From NCBI GenBank assembly GCA_964187785.1, contig OZ076410.1, positions 14,880,001 to 14,944,000 on the forward strand: 64,000 nt of DNA, read 5' to 3'. The first letter of the stretch is position 1, and each line of letters starts with the position of its first letter. Positions 44,378-58,670 of this stretch are shown piece by piece. Below the pieces are notes generated by a model that worked only from the letters and a program-made list of their open reading frames with translations, was not told where the DNA came from and did not search any database. A program made the translations under genes and the position numbers. This DNA is from Amphiscolops sp. MND2022 (Eukaryota).

Positions 44378-45906
44378 TCAAGAGTGGAAAAAGCCGACAA
44401 AGTTCGAACTGAGTCTTCTGACGCTGTTGTCAAAGGTAGTTGAGTTCCTTCTATCTGAGCCGGAACCGGGATGAGGGTGCAAATGAGTGACTCCGTCCAA
44501 CGCATTCAGCTCCTCTTTGTCGTTGCTGCTGATCGAAATGGTAGATATCCTTCGTTTCGTGTGATACACAACTGGCGGTTCATCCGAACTCAAAACAGCG
44601 TTCCTATCCACGCTGTTTTGCCTGCCTTTGGAGGAGTATGAATAGGTGACGTTAGCGTCTTTTGATGATTGCGTAACTCTGTTTTGCTGTTGCGTAATAT
44701 TCGTACCAGCCATTTGTTGCACGTGGTTATCCCAAATGCCGCCTGGCGTTTTCCGGTTACTGATCGCCCGTTTAGCACCAGAGTAAGCCTGATGAGAAAC
44801 TGTGGAATAGATACTGGGGGTTTGCTGTGAGGTTTTGTAGCTTTTCGGGAATGTACTGTTAGCGGCCGTCGCCGAGCCTTCATTGTTTCTCGTATTTTCC
44901 ATTTGAGAATCATCGAAATTGGCGTTCTGAAATGACAATGACTCATTGAGATGAACTGGGGAACTGTCGTTGACCTCTGTGTAATCAGGACCCTGTTCGT
45001 CTTCAAAGCTGACTTCGTAGTAACTGAGATCATCCTCTTCGTCTCTGATACTACCGCTGTCTAATCTGTAAATATTGATAGACTTTTTCGGATTGAACTC
45101 TATAATTTTCGTCTCAATCCCAAACGAACATTTCCTCGTCAACTTTTCGGCCTCCCCTGGTTTGCTACAGTCTGAATTCTTCTTTGTTCTGCATCCGTTG
45201 CCGATGTTTTCTGAAAACGCCCTTCGCGGCAATGCTTCTAACTCACTCACATTGTCGTCGTCATCTAGTAGATTTTGGTTGGCTATGATTTCAGAATCGG
45301 GAGAACGCAGAGATGACGGTGCAACCGTTTCTGCAAAACTAGGAGATTCAGAGAGGGGTAGTGTCAGTTCTAGCTTCTGAAGTTCCTCCTGCTGACTTTC
45401 AGGGCCTGAAACATTTAGCTTTTAATGGGTGTCATTACAATTCAATGAATTTATCGCAGAAAGTTTCCAAAAACCGAGATATATTTTTAAAAGAATAAAA
45501 TGGTGAAAATCATTGCTTGCTCTTTCTCACCACGTTTTTAGCCTGGTCTTTACTCTTGTCTTTAAATTGAAAAGCCATTGTTCGGAATATCTGTGAAAAC
45601 TCTTCAAAACCAAGATTTCAAAAACATCATATTGATTCAAGATAAATCCATGGATCTCTTAAATGCGTTTCAATAATCTAACTAATGGAATATTTGTCGA
45701 ATCCGTTAAAAGGATGATAAATGAATCCATTCAATTGGCCATGACTGACCTGGAGGGAGAACGGTGCCAGGGTCCTTCGAAGCCTTGCGACGTTTCTTTA
45801 AACTGGAAGTCGGTTGTTCCTGCAATACCGGCACCTCTTTTAGCTCATGAACGTCCAGGTAGATTCCGTCAACCGGCTCTTTAACTTTGGTGAAAAGACA
45901 CCCCAT
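44378..45906 (-). CDS. Probable two-exon host gene (exons 45906-45750 and 45405-44378), ~394-aa disordered protein with MGC N-terminus
   Basis: In-frame upstream stop before MGCLFTK; donor AG|GTCAGT and acceptor TTTCAG|G are phase-1 compatible; joined CDS is 1185 nt and open. Confidence 0.65.
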
Positions 45907-46062
45907 CTTTGGGTATTGCTTCACTCTTCAGGGAAATTGTTTTTGTCGATGTAGTCTGAAATGAGGTGCACCTTTTAACTGCAAAAATATTGAAATGCAA
46001 TTGTAACGCGAACGTAATTTGCAATGTAATACAGTTGAAAAAGTGTAATGCAAATCTAATTT

Positions 46063-46956
46063 TTAGAAGTCGGAAAAAATTTTCGACTACTTATGCAACC
46101 GTGTCGTTTTTTGTTTTTAGGAGTCGGAAAAAATTTTCGACTACTTATGCAATCGTGTTGTTTTTTTTTTCTCCCGACCTTTTCATGAAAATTTCAAATT
46201 TCTCAAAAACTGTCCACACGATTTTCATAAAATTTTGCACAGTCATTCTACACTCAAAGGGGCCCCTGCGTGCGCAAAAGCATCAAAATCGTATGACTGG
46301 AATCTGAGAAACACCCAAAATTAGCCCAAAAATGTCCAAAATTAGCCCAAAAACCGCCATTTTTCGACTTTTTTCGATTTTCTCAAAAACTGTCCATACG
46401 ATTCGAACGAAATTTTCTACAGTTATTCTACACCATATTAGAGTCCTATATGTGCAATGGCATCAAAATTGTATGGCTGGGATGTGAGAAACATAGCCAA
46501 AATTAGCCCAAAAATGGTCAAAAAAGGGCCATTTTTCGACTTCAGAAGGAAAAAGACCTAAGCCGACTCCTTTACCGCACATGCGGCTCTGGTTTTTCTC
46601 CCGACCTTTTCATGAAAATTTCAAATTTCTCGAAAACTGTCCATACGATTTTCATAAAATTTTGCACAGTCATTCTACACTCAAAGGGGCCCCTGCGTGC
46701 GCAAAAGCATCAAAATTGTATGACTGGAATCTGAGAAACACCCAAAATTAGCCCAAAAATGTCCAAAATTAGCCCAAAAACAGCCATTTTTCGACATTTT
46801 CGATTTTCTCAAAAACTGTGCATACGATTCGAACGAAATTTTCTACAGTCATTTTCTACACCATATGTGTGTAATTTCAATAAATTCGTATGACTGGGAT
46901 TGGAGCGAGAAAGAAGAAGACCTAAGCCGACTCCTTTACCGCATATGCGGCTCTGG
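46063..46956 (+). mobile_element. Helentron-type family 2, head-to-tail dimer (other copies 38615-38889 and 56838-57279)
   Basis: 5' AGGAGTCGG with internal AGTCG..CGACT hairpin; 3' CCGACTCCT plus CCGC-a(c/t)at-GCGG hairpin plus CTCTGG. Confidence 0.65.
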
Positions 46957-49590
46957 TAATACTAAGTGGTCAATGAATAGTACGTATACGCCAACCTCGA
47001 ATTTGGATTTAATGACATGAAAAGTTGGGAAATGTCGTGCTTACAAAAATTCCTCGACTCAAACTAAAGTCGTTTTAGAGTAGACATGTGAAGAAAAACC
47101 GTTATTAGTTCTTGTGAAAAACTTTTCAAAATAGTGTTTCAACGGCCAACTTTATTCGACATGCGTAACTTCGGGTATGGGATTTCTTGGAAATTCTCAT
47201 GCAAAATTCAGTCAGGAATATATGCCAATCCATTCAATATCTAACGTTATCTGTGGTTCTTAGACGTTTTGCGATTTCTACTTATGTTTTTTAATCATAA
47301 CCCTGCCGTAAAATAGTAATTGAACAAGTCACGTTGCAATGTGTAAGCATATTGGATTCATGACACCGCCGCTTATTATAGTTTAGGTTATTCAATAAGA
47401 CCCACCGGCAACAGTAGCGCCAAAAATTTTTTCAATGGGACCAATACTGACACTGTAAGGAGGCTGTGCAGCTTGAAGCATAGTGACACGTGGAAACTTT
47501 ACCGACGACCCCCCCCCCCTCTTCAACATGGGCTAATGCAACATTTGCTTTCACCATTCCACCTTGAGGTTTCGATATGCACGGTCCCTTGTGTTTTGTG
47601 TTTTTGTATTAGTAGTAGCCCTGTTAAATACGGACGTCAAAGTATGTCCATGGTAAGGTTTGCAAAACTTTGTTTCCGTAATTTTGATCTTTTAATCCTC
47701 AACCACGGGCTGTGACACCGCTAATTAGCGGCGGTTCAGCGAATTAGCGAAGCGGTTGAGGTTTCATTAGCGGCTATTTGATTTAGCGATAACTATTTTA
47801 TTACCGATTATTATAAAGAGTGTGCAGAAGAATCGCCACAAAAACAATGTTTCGAGAAATCTGTGGCATACATAAGGAGATTTCGTGAAATTTCAAGAAA
47901 CCGTTTGGTTTTGGCGCGAGTTCTCCAAGGCCGTTGAAAAAATGGTATTCGAAGTTTTTTTGATTCTATCCATATACAATAATTAAACGATATTGTGCAA
48001 CTACTTATGGTATCGTTCGAAAATCGCAATTATTTTTGCCATACTATAATGTCCAAGTCTGGTCAGAACCCTATTCTCGGCCAGACGTTCTCTTCCGACA
48101 TTTGAAAAAATATCAGTACTGACTGTGTTTGTTTAAACGGTTAGCAGTCAAAATTGCCCCACTTAAAAGCGCCCAAAATACACAGTCAAAAGCGCCAAAT
48201 GCTACATGGGATTTCCTGACTTTTTTTGCCACTAACATTAACTTCCTCACTCCAATTAAATAATCAAGTTTTTCATTTTAAAACAATGTACTGCCTAATT
48301 AATTCTTTGGAAATTAGTATTTTGTTTGCAGAAATGCCAAAACTATCAATTTAGGTCGTTTTGAATTGGAATTTGTTCAGTGTGAAAATGTTAAACATGG
48401 CATTACTAGTGAATTATTATTTTGTTAGAACACTTTTAATTAGATGCGGTGAAACAGCTCAAAAATTAGCAAACCGCGTTTCATTGGGGGCACTTACGAC
48501 TGTGTAAAATGTGCGCTTTTGTCTGTACTTGGTGTAAACAAATGTTCGTAAAACAGTCGAATAAATAACGTCGAGACTTTCAAATTTAGTTTTTCCTCAG
48601 GGTGCGAGAGTGAAGCTAATAAATTTTAGGCGGTTTGTATCAAGTGATAAGTGGTCTTAAACAAGGGTCTGATATTGGTGGAAAAGAAATTATGATCAAT
48701 ATAACCATTCACCGGGCTATTAATTAGAGCGAACGGTATTTTACTTCTCTCTCCTTTTTGGCGAAATGAAACATCGTCAATGTAAGTAGCTGTTTCTCCC
48801 TAATACTGTTATCTACTGTAGTAATCGATATATACAGCTAGACGTGTCTTCTCAATTTTTCTCAAGAGATTTGATTAGGTTGGCTATTTAGGGTGAAGCT
48901 AGCCAATTTACTGAGCAGTTACTAGATTAGCGAATAAGCGAATAATTAACGTGAATGAAATGGCCGTCCATCAAAGGTTTGTGTCTCCAATTGAAAAACA
49001 AACCGTTTATTTGACGTCGTAATTTATGTCTTGGCACGAAAATCTTTTCAAGCTCAAGTGACCTTTTTTGTTTATGGTCATTTGTGGATGTTTGAAGTCA
49101 GGAGCTTTTCTTAAAATCTGTTTTTAAACAAATCCCCATGGCAGTTTTTATATTGTTAGCAAAATTTTGCGTCGCCTGTCGAATTTTGTAATGATACTGT
49201 GCTGTGCGTTTTTTCTTGAACGCGGAAATTGCGTGGAAATTTACTTCATCGGCAGAAACGCCAATGGTAGTTTTTTATTCATACATATTGCATAGAAAGT
49301 GGTCAAAAAATTTCTTGTAACAAGAATAATTGAAATATAGTCCTTTTGTCTGAGAAACAAAACTTTCAAAAGTTTTCTTTTTGTACTTTGTAGTTATTTC
49401 TATGAGTTGAGTGTTGTCAGATTCTGTGTTTTGACTCAGATTGAAATCATGTTTTTTGTTGACTTGTTTTTTACTGGTTTCAATATTTATTCTTTTCTGC
49501 AATTGTGAAACTTAATTTTTTTAAAATTTTGCAATGAATTTTGTTGAGAATGCGTTTAATGAAAGCAGTTTGTTATAATCACCATTTACT

Positions 49591-50108
49591 CAGGGGTACC
49601 GCAAAAATAATTCATTATGGAAATAATGGCCATAAATAATTTATTTTTTGGGGCCTTCCATAAAAATAATTTATTTTTGGACAAAGGAGTATGGCCATAA
49701 TTTATGGATTTCTCTTCAAGCCAAACGACTGAAATTACAGGACAATGGATTTCAAAGAATGGATTGGCTACCACCAACATCCAACGTTTGCGAAAGGCTT
49801 TTTAGCCGCGCAAAACTGACTTTTGGACAGTGTCGTCAAAAGTTGTCGCCCATGCACCTTGAAGCCGAACTTTTTCTGTTCGTCAACAAAACTTTTTGGG
49901 ACGCTGAGTTAGTTTCTACGCTGGTATAATTGTAAATGTACTTTTTGTCTCAGTTGTCTTGTGTTTTATTTCTTTGAATTCAAAAAATAATTGCCATTAT
50001 TTATTTTTGTGAGAAGATTATGGAAATAATTTATGGACAGCTGTCATCCATGAAAATTATTTATGGAAGCTAGGGAATATTATGGCAATTAATTTTGCGG
50101 TACCCCTG
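49591..50108 (+). mobile_element. hAT deletion derivative (518 bp)
   Basis: TIR CAGGGGTACCGCAAAA; perfect 8-bp TSD CATTTACT; dimerisation domain LPPTSNVCERLFSRAK. Confidence 0.92.
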
Positions 50109-50274
50109 CATTTACTGCAATAACAAAGGCATTGATGAAAATTGAAAGTCATAATTTTGGCATTGACACAAAATTAGGTTAAATTTGAATTTAATCTTAA
50201 TCGAATCCCTATCTAGCTATTGGTTTGAATCCAAAACTGGTTGAAAGTCTTGTTCAACTTTTTAAAATAGCTGC

Positions 50275-50870
50275 TTTTGAACATTTTTTCGACAAAACCT
50301 ACGTTTTTAGTTTTTAGTCGGAGCTTTCCTAAGAAAAGAACCGACTATAGCAGTGGCTTCTTTAAAGACCGGCGAATTGACCGATTTAATAAGCTTTCGA
50401 TAAGTTTCTATACTCTCCTGTTTCTATATGTTCTCTTTCTATACTCTCTATATCCGAATATTTGACGTTTCATCCGAAGTAAATTTTACTGAGGTTCGCT
50501 ATTATTTGGCCCAGCACGCAATATCCGAATTTTGACGTCATTTTTCTCGGCTAGTGATTTGCTCTTGTCTTGCAAAGTATGTGATGATCAGTTGTTACGA
50601 TACCACTTCCCGTTTCATCAATCCACCAATGTAAATGTTTGTTTCCATTTCGGTATTGACGCAATAAGTAACACGCTATTTACTTCGGATAAAACGTCAA
50701 ATATTCGGATATAGCGAGTAAAGAAAGAGGATATACGAGAGTATAGAAACTTATCAAAATCCTAATAAATCGGTCAATTCGCCGGCCTTTAAAAAAGCCA
50801 CTGCTGTAGTCGGTTCTTTTCTTAAAAAAGCGCCGACTAAAAACGTAGGTTTTGTAAAAAAAATTCAAAA
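50275..50870. repeat. Foldback of two inverted HINE family 1 5' ends
   Basis: ~200-bp arms (50275-50485 and 50675-50870), each with the subTIR, around a ~190-bp spacer. Confidence 0.75.
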
Positions 50871-52348
50871 GTTAATTCAATGATTCTACAATTTCGAACT
50901 GATTCTAGAAATCAATTCTTGAACACTTGACTTCCGAACTTTTTCTGATATATTGGCGGCCGGTTTGCTGAACCCCCAGCGAATTTGTAAAAAGTTGATG
51001 ACTGTTGAAGAAACAGAGGAAGGAGCTTCATTTCTGCTATGGAAAACGTTTGATTTTGCTTAACTCTGATTTGTGAAAGAATTGGTTCAACAGAGTATTC
51101 TGAGATCATTTAAATTATTTCATCATTATTTTGCTAGGATGATTTTTTAGGAAATCTTTTTTTAATGGAAATGGTCATCACTGAACATTCTAAGCATTAA
51201 TGTCTTTTACAAAATCATCGACACTGGTTTCTATGCTAGCTACATTTCTTATTTTTCATTACCATTGAAGAAGCAAAAGGATGAATAAAACGCGGAATAA
51301 CTCGACATGGAAAGGCTCTTACTTGCATTCTCACAAGAATATCAACTTCAAATCTTATCAAAATAAACAATTATTTTTCCATTTGAAATCACTACATTGA
51401 GAAACAGAAAGAGCCATGTGTGATAACATATGAAAGTAGGCTCCACAGAAATTCACGCGGCGTGAATCCGTTTAATCGCGTGAAAATTTGCCTATCAAAT
51501 TTGAGCTTGTCATCTTAGATAAAAGCGTGAAGTAGCTCAATTTTTGTTCAAAATTACGTAAAATGACGTGAAATTGAGAAAAATTCGAAAACTTATCATT
51601 TTTGGCCAAACATTTTATGTCGTTTTATAATCAACACGATAACAAATTTTTGCAGTCAACTGGAAATTCCAATTTGGATTTTAGAAACTGAAACAGTTGT
51701 TTTTGTCGTATACCAGTTCCAAACCAAAAGAAGTTTTAATTTTTTTGAGAATCTTAAATTGGACCAAAATTAGAGGAACACGGAAGCGTGAAAATTACTG
51801 GTTCTTCAGGGTGAATTTCCGCGGAGCCTATGCAAAACTGTATCTAGGAGTAATTATACACAACCTTCAAGGTTTTCTCATGGCGTGATTTTGCATACAG
51901 TGAAGAGTAACATCGGTTTTGTAAGACAACTAAATCTCTACAAATCAAAAGCTTTGACTGTTTACTCCCGACTAGAAACAGTGATTACTTAACTGAACTT
52001 AGAAACGTGTGCCTGTGTGCATAATGCCTTCTCTTTCAACTTCTTTGAAGCTGGTTGTTGAAATTCTTTTTGAAAATTTACTTTTGATTTTGGAAAAAGA
52101 ACATTGTACATTTCAACATTTGACGGAAAATTAGCATGAAAAGCTGAAAATGCTTCTTCAAAGACTTTGAATTTATGCTTGGTTTGTGCAGAAGAAAATG
52201 AAGGGAGTTACAAAATTAGGTGGAAATGAAAAATATGATTGGTTCTTATATTTGAACCGCTAAAATGCGACAAGGGTCAAGTAAGTTTTGCGGCTTATAT
52301 TTGAGAGCGGCTTGTCTTCTTAAAATTTTTTGAAACTTTTTGAGCTTG

Positions 52349-52892
52349 TTTTTAGTCGGCGCTTTTATAAATAAAAGAGCCCGACTATTACAGTCACTCG
52401 TTTTTTTTCTTTAAGACAGACTCGAACGACGAACGTTAAAATTAACGTTCAACTACTAAATACAGTAAACTACTGGACCCTGGACCGGCAAAGTCAAACG
52501 GGGAGCGCATTTATTATTATTATTATTATTTGCATTTAGGATAGTGCAAAGGGTCCCCCCTTTCAGTTACTCCATTTTCATCGTAAGATACAAAACAGGA
52601 CGAGACTAAAGGGTTTGAGTTTTTTTCGGCACTGCGACCTTTTTGCGAATTTTTTTTGTCTCCAAAGGGTCCCCCCTTCAAGTTTTTTGATATTTTACAG
52701 CAAATTGAAGTTTCAAAAACCCCAAAGGGTCTCCCCTTTCAAGTTTTTCGGCACTATGAGACTGGCTCAAAATTCTTTTTTTTCGATTTTTCTTTTTCAA
52801 AAAACCCAAAGGGTCCCCCTTTTACAATTTCAAAAAGTTTGAGCTTTTTGAGCCTTAGATATGGCGCCGACTTGAGACGTTCCCGTCTTGTT
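52349..52892 (+). mobile_element. HINE family 1 complete copy with an (ATT)n microsatellite
   Basis: subTIR 52354-52363, IR 52381-52386, 3' subTIR 52863-52872, hairpin AGACG-ttcc-CGTCT. Confidence 0.7.
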
Positions 52893-54017
52893 CTATCTGA
52901 TCGCTACGTGAAGCAAACTTTGAGCTCCCGTGTGGTTTGTTTTGATATCCAATGTAAATCGAGGCAAAAACTTATGACGCGGCTTTCTTGTGCTTTTGAT
53001 GGATGAAATGGGTTTTCAGTAATGACGAATATATTCGAAGAAATACAATTGTTGCTTTTCTTGTTTTTGACGACCGTGTAATTACCTTTGTCGCTCATTC
53101 TGTTCTTGCACTAAAAATGAAAGACAAGCTTCGAAAATCACTTTTCTTACCAATTAGTGTTATCTGCTATGCCTGTTTTTCCTCGTTCAAGGACAATTTT
53201 CAGTGACAAATTTTGCTATTTCGTGCTGCCTAATTGGCAATTAGAGTACCTTCGAAAAAAAGTCACCCTGATTTCAAAGAACCTTCATAACAAGAATCAA
53301 AATTGTCCCTATGTATTGGATTTAATTCGGAAATTATAAGCGCCAAAGATGAAACAAGGTCGCACAAACGTGAAAGAACAGAAATGTCTGTACCTGAATG
53401 GATCGCGTTCTTCATTTTTAATTTCAATTAAATGAACCGTATTTTTTGCAACTAGAGCAAAAATGAAAAGTAGTACTCTGAAAATTAGAGGTGCTCCGCA
53501 TTATTATTATTATTATTATTATCAACCGTGAAATCCTATTAAATTTTTTCTTCAACATCGAAAGCCGGAAATTTGCGACTGTTTTCCTGATGATTTTTAA
53601 TTTTAACCTCTTTCAACCAGGGAGTTTCTGAAAGGGGCAGACAATTATGCTTGAAATCAATTTTCGCGTTTGGCTACTATCGTCGAGAAATAATGGTCCC
53701 AACATGACGAAAAATGCATGAGTGTCGAATTTTAGAGGCATTTTTTCCAAATTTCCTAACTTTTTTGATCTCGTCTCTGTCGAAAGTTTCCTTCCTTCAA
53801 ATTGATTTAAGTTGCACCGTTTTTTATAAAGGATATATTTCGTCGAAAGTAGCAAACTTGTCACGTTTAGACGAATTTAAAGATCTGTTTTGTGAAAATT
53901 GTTCCTGTTGTTTTTTTTTCAGATGAAACTTGATCAAATCCAGTCATGTGTATCTTTTTGATTTGTCATAAATTAAAATTTCGGCGGTTTCAAACCGTTT
54001 TTATCTAAGTTGCTAAG

Positions 54018-54508
54018 CAGGGTTGGTCATTTGTTTGTTTTTTATCAAATAAAATAAACAAACAGTTTTTTAATGCAATTAAACATGTTTTTTTTTGTTT
54101 TTTATAAATTTCCCACTTCAAACTGAGGAAAATGGATATTATTGTTTCTTAATCTTTAATTACATTAAATATAAACTTGTTTAATTAAAATTATTTCTTA
54201 CAAAAAGCAGAGTTTGGCTGCCTTTTCGTTATCCAGTTGGCATCTCAGCTTTCCATAAGTCATACCGAGAGTCGAAAATCGCCGTTCCATCTTGATAACT
54301 TTCGTCGAACAAATCAGGCGTACAAGGACGGAACATAAACAATATATCACATTCAAAAATAGTGAAAACAATCGGAAATAAAAAACAAATTATCTTATTC
54401 AAATCCCAAAATTTTTAATGTTTTAAAACGTTTTTTATTGATATTCTAAAACATTTTTTATTGCGTGTTTTAAAACATTGTTTTAAAACAGGCCAAACCC
54501 CAACCCCG
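54018..54508. mobile_element. hAT-type MITE (491 bp)
   Basis: TIR C(A/G)GGGTTGG; 8-bp TSD TTGCTAAG (54010-54017, 54509-54516). Confidence 0.8.
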
Positions 54509-57500
54509 TTGCTAAGACAATTATCCGGCCGTCAAAAGCCCGGAAGCAGGCTCTTCTGAAATACGGCCGGATATCGGATTGGACTTCATGTTCCGTAACC
54601 CCCTACGGAAAATAATGTTCTACCCACAAAGCTCAAATGCACAGAAGTAAGTTTCTGTTATGGTGTTTTATTCACATATGCCCTCCTTTTTCAATATTTC
54701 AGCTTATGCAGTAATACTTGAAACGCCAGTGCACTTTTTCCAGGGTGAATCCAGCAGATATGCAATATTTTCATAGCTGTAATGTTCGTAGGCAACTGCT
54801 TACTTGATTTGTTTCAAGACTGGTGCGTTTGTTTTAAAATTAAAAAGCAGTAAAAAGCGTTTTAAACAATAACGAAAAAACATTTTTGTCATGTAGCTAT
54901 GCCTCGCACCAAAGAAAAAATCTTCAACCTGAAGAGTTCTGACAAGGCGTGAGTTACATAGAAAACTCTACTTTGGGCCTTACCTGTGGTTCTCTTCGAA
55001 CATTTGGGCGTTGGGAAGCTGGCAAACTCGCATTTTTGTTCAGACAGATGAATGCTCAATAATTGTACTTTCTTTGTGCATCGAAATTAAGCTTTCAACC
55101 TTACTTTTGCCAGAAAAAGGAAAAACACTTTAAAAACGTTTTCTTGAAAAAACACGCTGTTTATTTCATTCTGGTTGAAAACACGTTTGAGATATTTTTG
55201 ACAGAAAACGAACATCGACTAGTCAATAGTATCCCGAAGCGTGTTTCCTCACTGGCTTCAAAGTAGCGAGTGCTAAATGTCATTTTCACTTGACCCTAAA
55301 CAATTAAATAATTCCAAATTTTTAGAAATGGATGAATTGTCCCGAGCAATGAGATTTGAATGACTTTGCAAAATTCTTGAGTTTCGTTCGGGATCATATT
55401 AGTGGAATGAGTGGAACGGTGCAATGTAATGTGTTTGACCTCTGTTCAATTGAAATTGGTTGAAGTTTTTCAAGAGATAACACTATGGCATCGATTTTCA
55501 TTGGATTTCCCCTGGAGTACCCATTGTTATTTAGGATTAGCAACAAAATGGACAGTGACAACTGAAAGTAAAACATCTTTTGTTTTCAGATTGCGTGTAT
55601 ATGGCTCCTTGCACATTGTGATTTACTTCATAAAAGGTCAGTCGAAAAGCCCTTATTCCATTTCTTATCTGATTATGTGTTATGCAATCAAATATAAAGT
55701 ATTCTTTTAGCCGAACTTTTGGAAATGTCGGCTCTTTTTAATTAACCCTCCAAAAATGTCTCTTGATAAGTGTCATTTTGATGTTCCATCTAATTCGCCG
55801 ACCGTAAAATCAAGTGCTTGATTTAGGATCACAGCTTTGACACCGCTAATTTGTCAGCTGTGACACCGCTAATATTTTTCAGCGATTTCAAAATTAACGG
55901 TAACTAATAGAACATCCAAATTCAAAATTTCCTTTGAGTATACTCAGAGTTTCAAAATTAGTTTCAAAAATTCCAACTCTTATCCTTATAAGCCCCAAAG
56001 TTTTGAAATATACTTGGGCACAAACATTTAATAGTTTGGAGAAAACTTCTTTCATCGTTTTTAAATTAGCGATTAGCGAAATTATTTGCGATGTCAAAAC
56101 CCTGATTACTGTAAATCTTTCTGAAATCCACAATTGGAAACTTAGCCTACAGTCACACCAGCTAGCTGGTTGACATTTCAAGAATTGACTGGTAAACTTG
56201 GAAGACAGGGCCAACGTATTAGTTTCTTGCTCTACTTTTTTAAATGTCAAAAAATTGGCTCTCCTTTGAATTTCCATTTTGACAGAATATGTTTTGGAAA
56301 ACGCAGATGCATCTCAACCGGTACATTTGAATAGTTAACTTGAAAATTGACTTTTCAACAGTCAGTAGAAAATGAATGATATCTAAGTTAGTGGTAACTG
56401 TATTCAAAACATCTCCAATTTAAATTGGAGGAGTCCGAAAATCATTTCCCTCTTAAAATCTCTTCCTAAATGAGATTCTTACACTTTCGGCAAAATTGGA
56501 ATTGTAGTCTATTGATTGTAATTGTAGCCACACTCACACAATTTTTCATCCAGAATTGTGAACAAATGGCGATATAATTCGACTGAATGGAACACTAAAT
56601 TTCGCTTCACTTGAGGTGGAATGTATTGATTGTAATATCGCATACTGCGTGAAAATCGAACTTATCGCTCATTAGCAATAAATGCCTTCCTGTGGGAGTC
56701 GTTAACGAAAATGTGTGTTCATTAAAAATTCAAATCTTTTATTGGATAATCGAGATTCCTTCTGCTTCCCATGAAGTATCTCAAATGGGAAACCCAATCG
56801 AAGACAGGTGAAAATTTGTCACTGATTAAGTTTTCAATTTTTAGGAGTCGGAAAAAATTTTCGACCACTTATGCACTCGTACCTTTTTTTCCCGACCTTC
56901 CAATGAAAATTTCCAATTTCTCATGTCCGTACGATTCTTATTAATTTTAGCACAGTTATGGTACACTCAAATGTGCTCCTGCGCGCGCAATGACTGACAT
57001 CAAAATCATATGACTGCGATCTGAGAAACAACCAAAATTAGTCCAAAAATGACAAAAAACGGCCATTTTGTGGACTTTTTCGATTTTCTCGAAAACTGTC
57101 CATACGATTCGAACGAAGTTTTTACAATCATTCTACGCCATATTAAGGTCCATATTTAGGGTATTATACGCCATGTGCAATGACATCAAAATCGTTTGAT
57201 TGGGATGTGAAAAACATAGTCAAAATTAAGATCAATATTTTAATCAGTTTCCGACTCTTCACCGCACATGCGGCTCTGGTCTGTCTCCCGTCTTTTCCCC
57301 GGGAAAGTGAAGCGCTGGAAAGTTTTCAAGTATGCGATGGAGTTTTGGAAAGTTATCTTATGGAAAAAGTCAAAATACTTGTATTCTTTATAGGCGTCAA
57401 AAAATAAAATCATTTCATCAGTCTCTGAAGTAACTTCTGCTGAGTTTAAACGACGTTGAAACATTGAAACATTGAATTTCATTGGATTAATATACATGAC

Positions 57501-57599
57501 ATACATTAAAGTATTCATAAAGGTATAGAAAATCCAATGTGGACACAAAATGAGCATCAGTGCTCTTCAAGTTTGTGCCCATTTGATCAATCTCAGCAC

Positions 57600-58500
57600 A
57601 ATTAAATATTAAGTATTGCTAAAACACTTTTAGTAAAATATTTCCATCAAACCTCTATTGTTCATGATGTAGACTGACAAAATGTCCTTGATATACATTT
57701 TGATTTGGTTTTTGGTTAAATCTCCTAAGTTCTCTGGAATTAAATCAAAATCCAGCAACCAATTATAAGCTCTTATCATAGTATTTGACAACGATTTTCG
57801 CTTCACTATTGTTCGGCTACAAGGTACATCCAAAAATCCTTTACCCGCCCTCCTAGTGCTTATTGATTTGCCTGTAGTAAAAGTTAGAGACAGTTCCAAA
57901 GATGATTCCTTTCGAATTTGCTTGAACAACTCTTGAATTACTTCCACCATGAAAAGTTCAAAAACGTTGAGAATTTTGTTGTCTGCTAATACATTGACCA
58001 TTGAATCAAACTTCTTTTTGAAAAAAATTGCTCTCAATATTCGCCTCTGTGCACATTCAATTTTTTGTAAATTTGTTTTCGCTGCACTACCATAAACCAG
58101 TAGACCATAGCAGATAACTGATTTAGCAAAAGAGTTATAAAACATTAAAAGACATTTCCGTGGATAAAAGTGACGGACTCTGTATATAAGACCACAGAAC
58201 TTATTTAGTTTTTTTACAACATAATCTATGTGCTCTCGGAAAAGGAGTTTTTTATCCAAGTGAACTCCCAGATACCTACAGGATGCTTTATAATTCAATT
58301 CGGAGACCCCGATTTTAATTGTGTCCGGTTTCCCATAACCAAAACACATTGCTTCACATTTTTCAGGGTTAACTGTCAATTTATTTGATGAGAACCAATC
58401 CCGTACGCAATTAATTTCTTGGCTAAGAAGAGGATCAACTCTTTTTCCTGATTTAATTAGAGTCGTATCGTCAGCAAACATTGCTACTTCTGCCTTCTCA
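57600..58500 (-). mobile_element. 5'-truncated CR1/L2-group LINE, RT C-terminal part (ORF 57630-58523)
   Basis: MFADDTTL; NKLTVNPEK; YLGVHLD..FREHI; FYNSFAKSVICYG..YG; IECAQRRILR. Confidence 0.85.
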
Positions 58501-58670
58501 CACGAAGCCTTAGTCGGAATCACTACGAATAGATGGAAACCACGGCAAATGCGGTCGAAATATTTTTTCTCGATGAAATGATACTTATTAATTGCAATCT
58601 TAATGAGCGAATGTTAACGCAACTTCAGAGGTTTTCTCTGCCAAATGACTATCTGATAAACTTATTAATA

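Noticed and set aside
47800-49570. Host genes in the AT-rich stretches here and at 50900-56800
   Set aside because: Only short low-complexity ORFs; I found no consistent splice-compatible frames or motifs.
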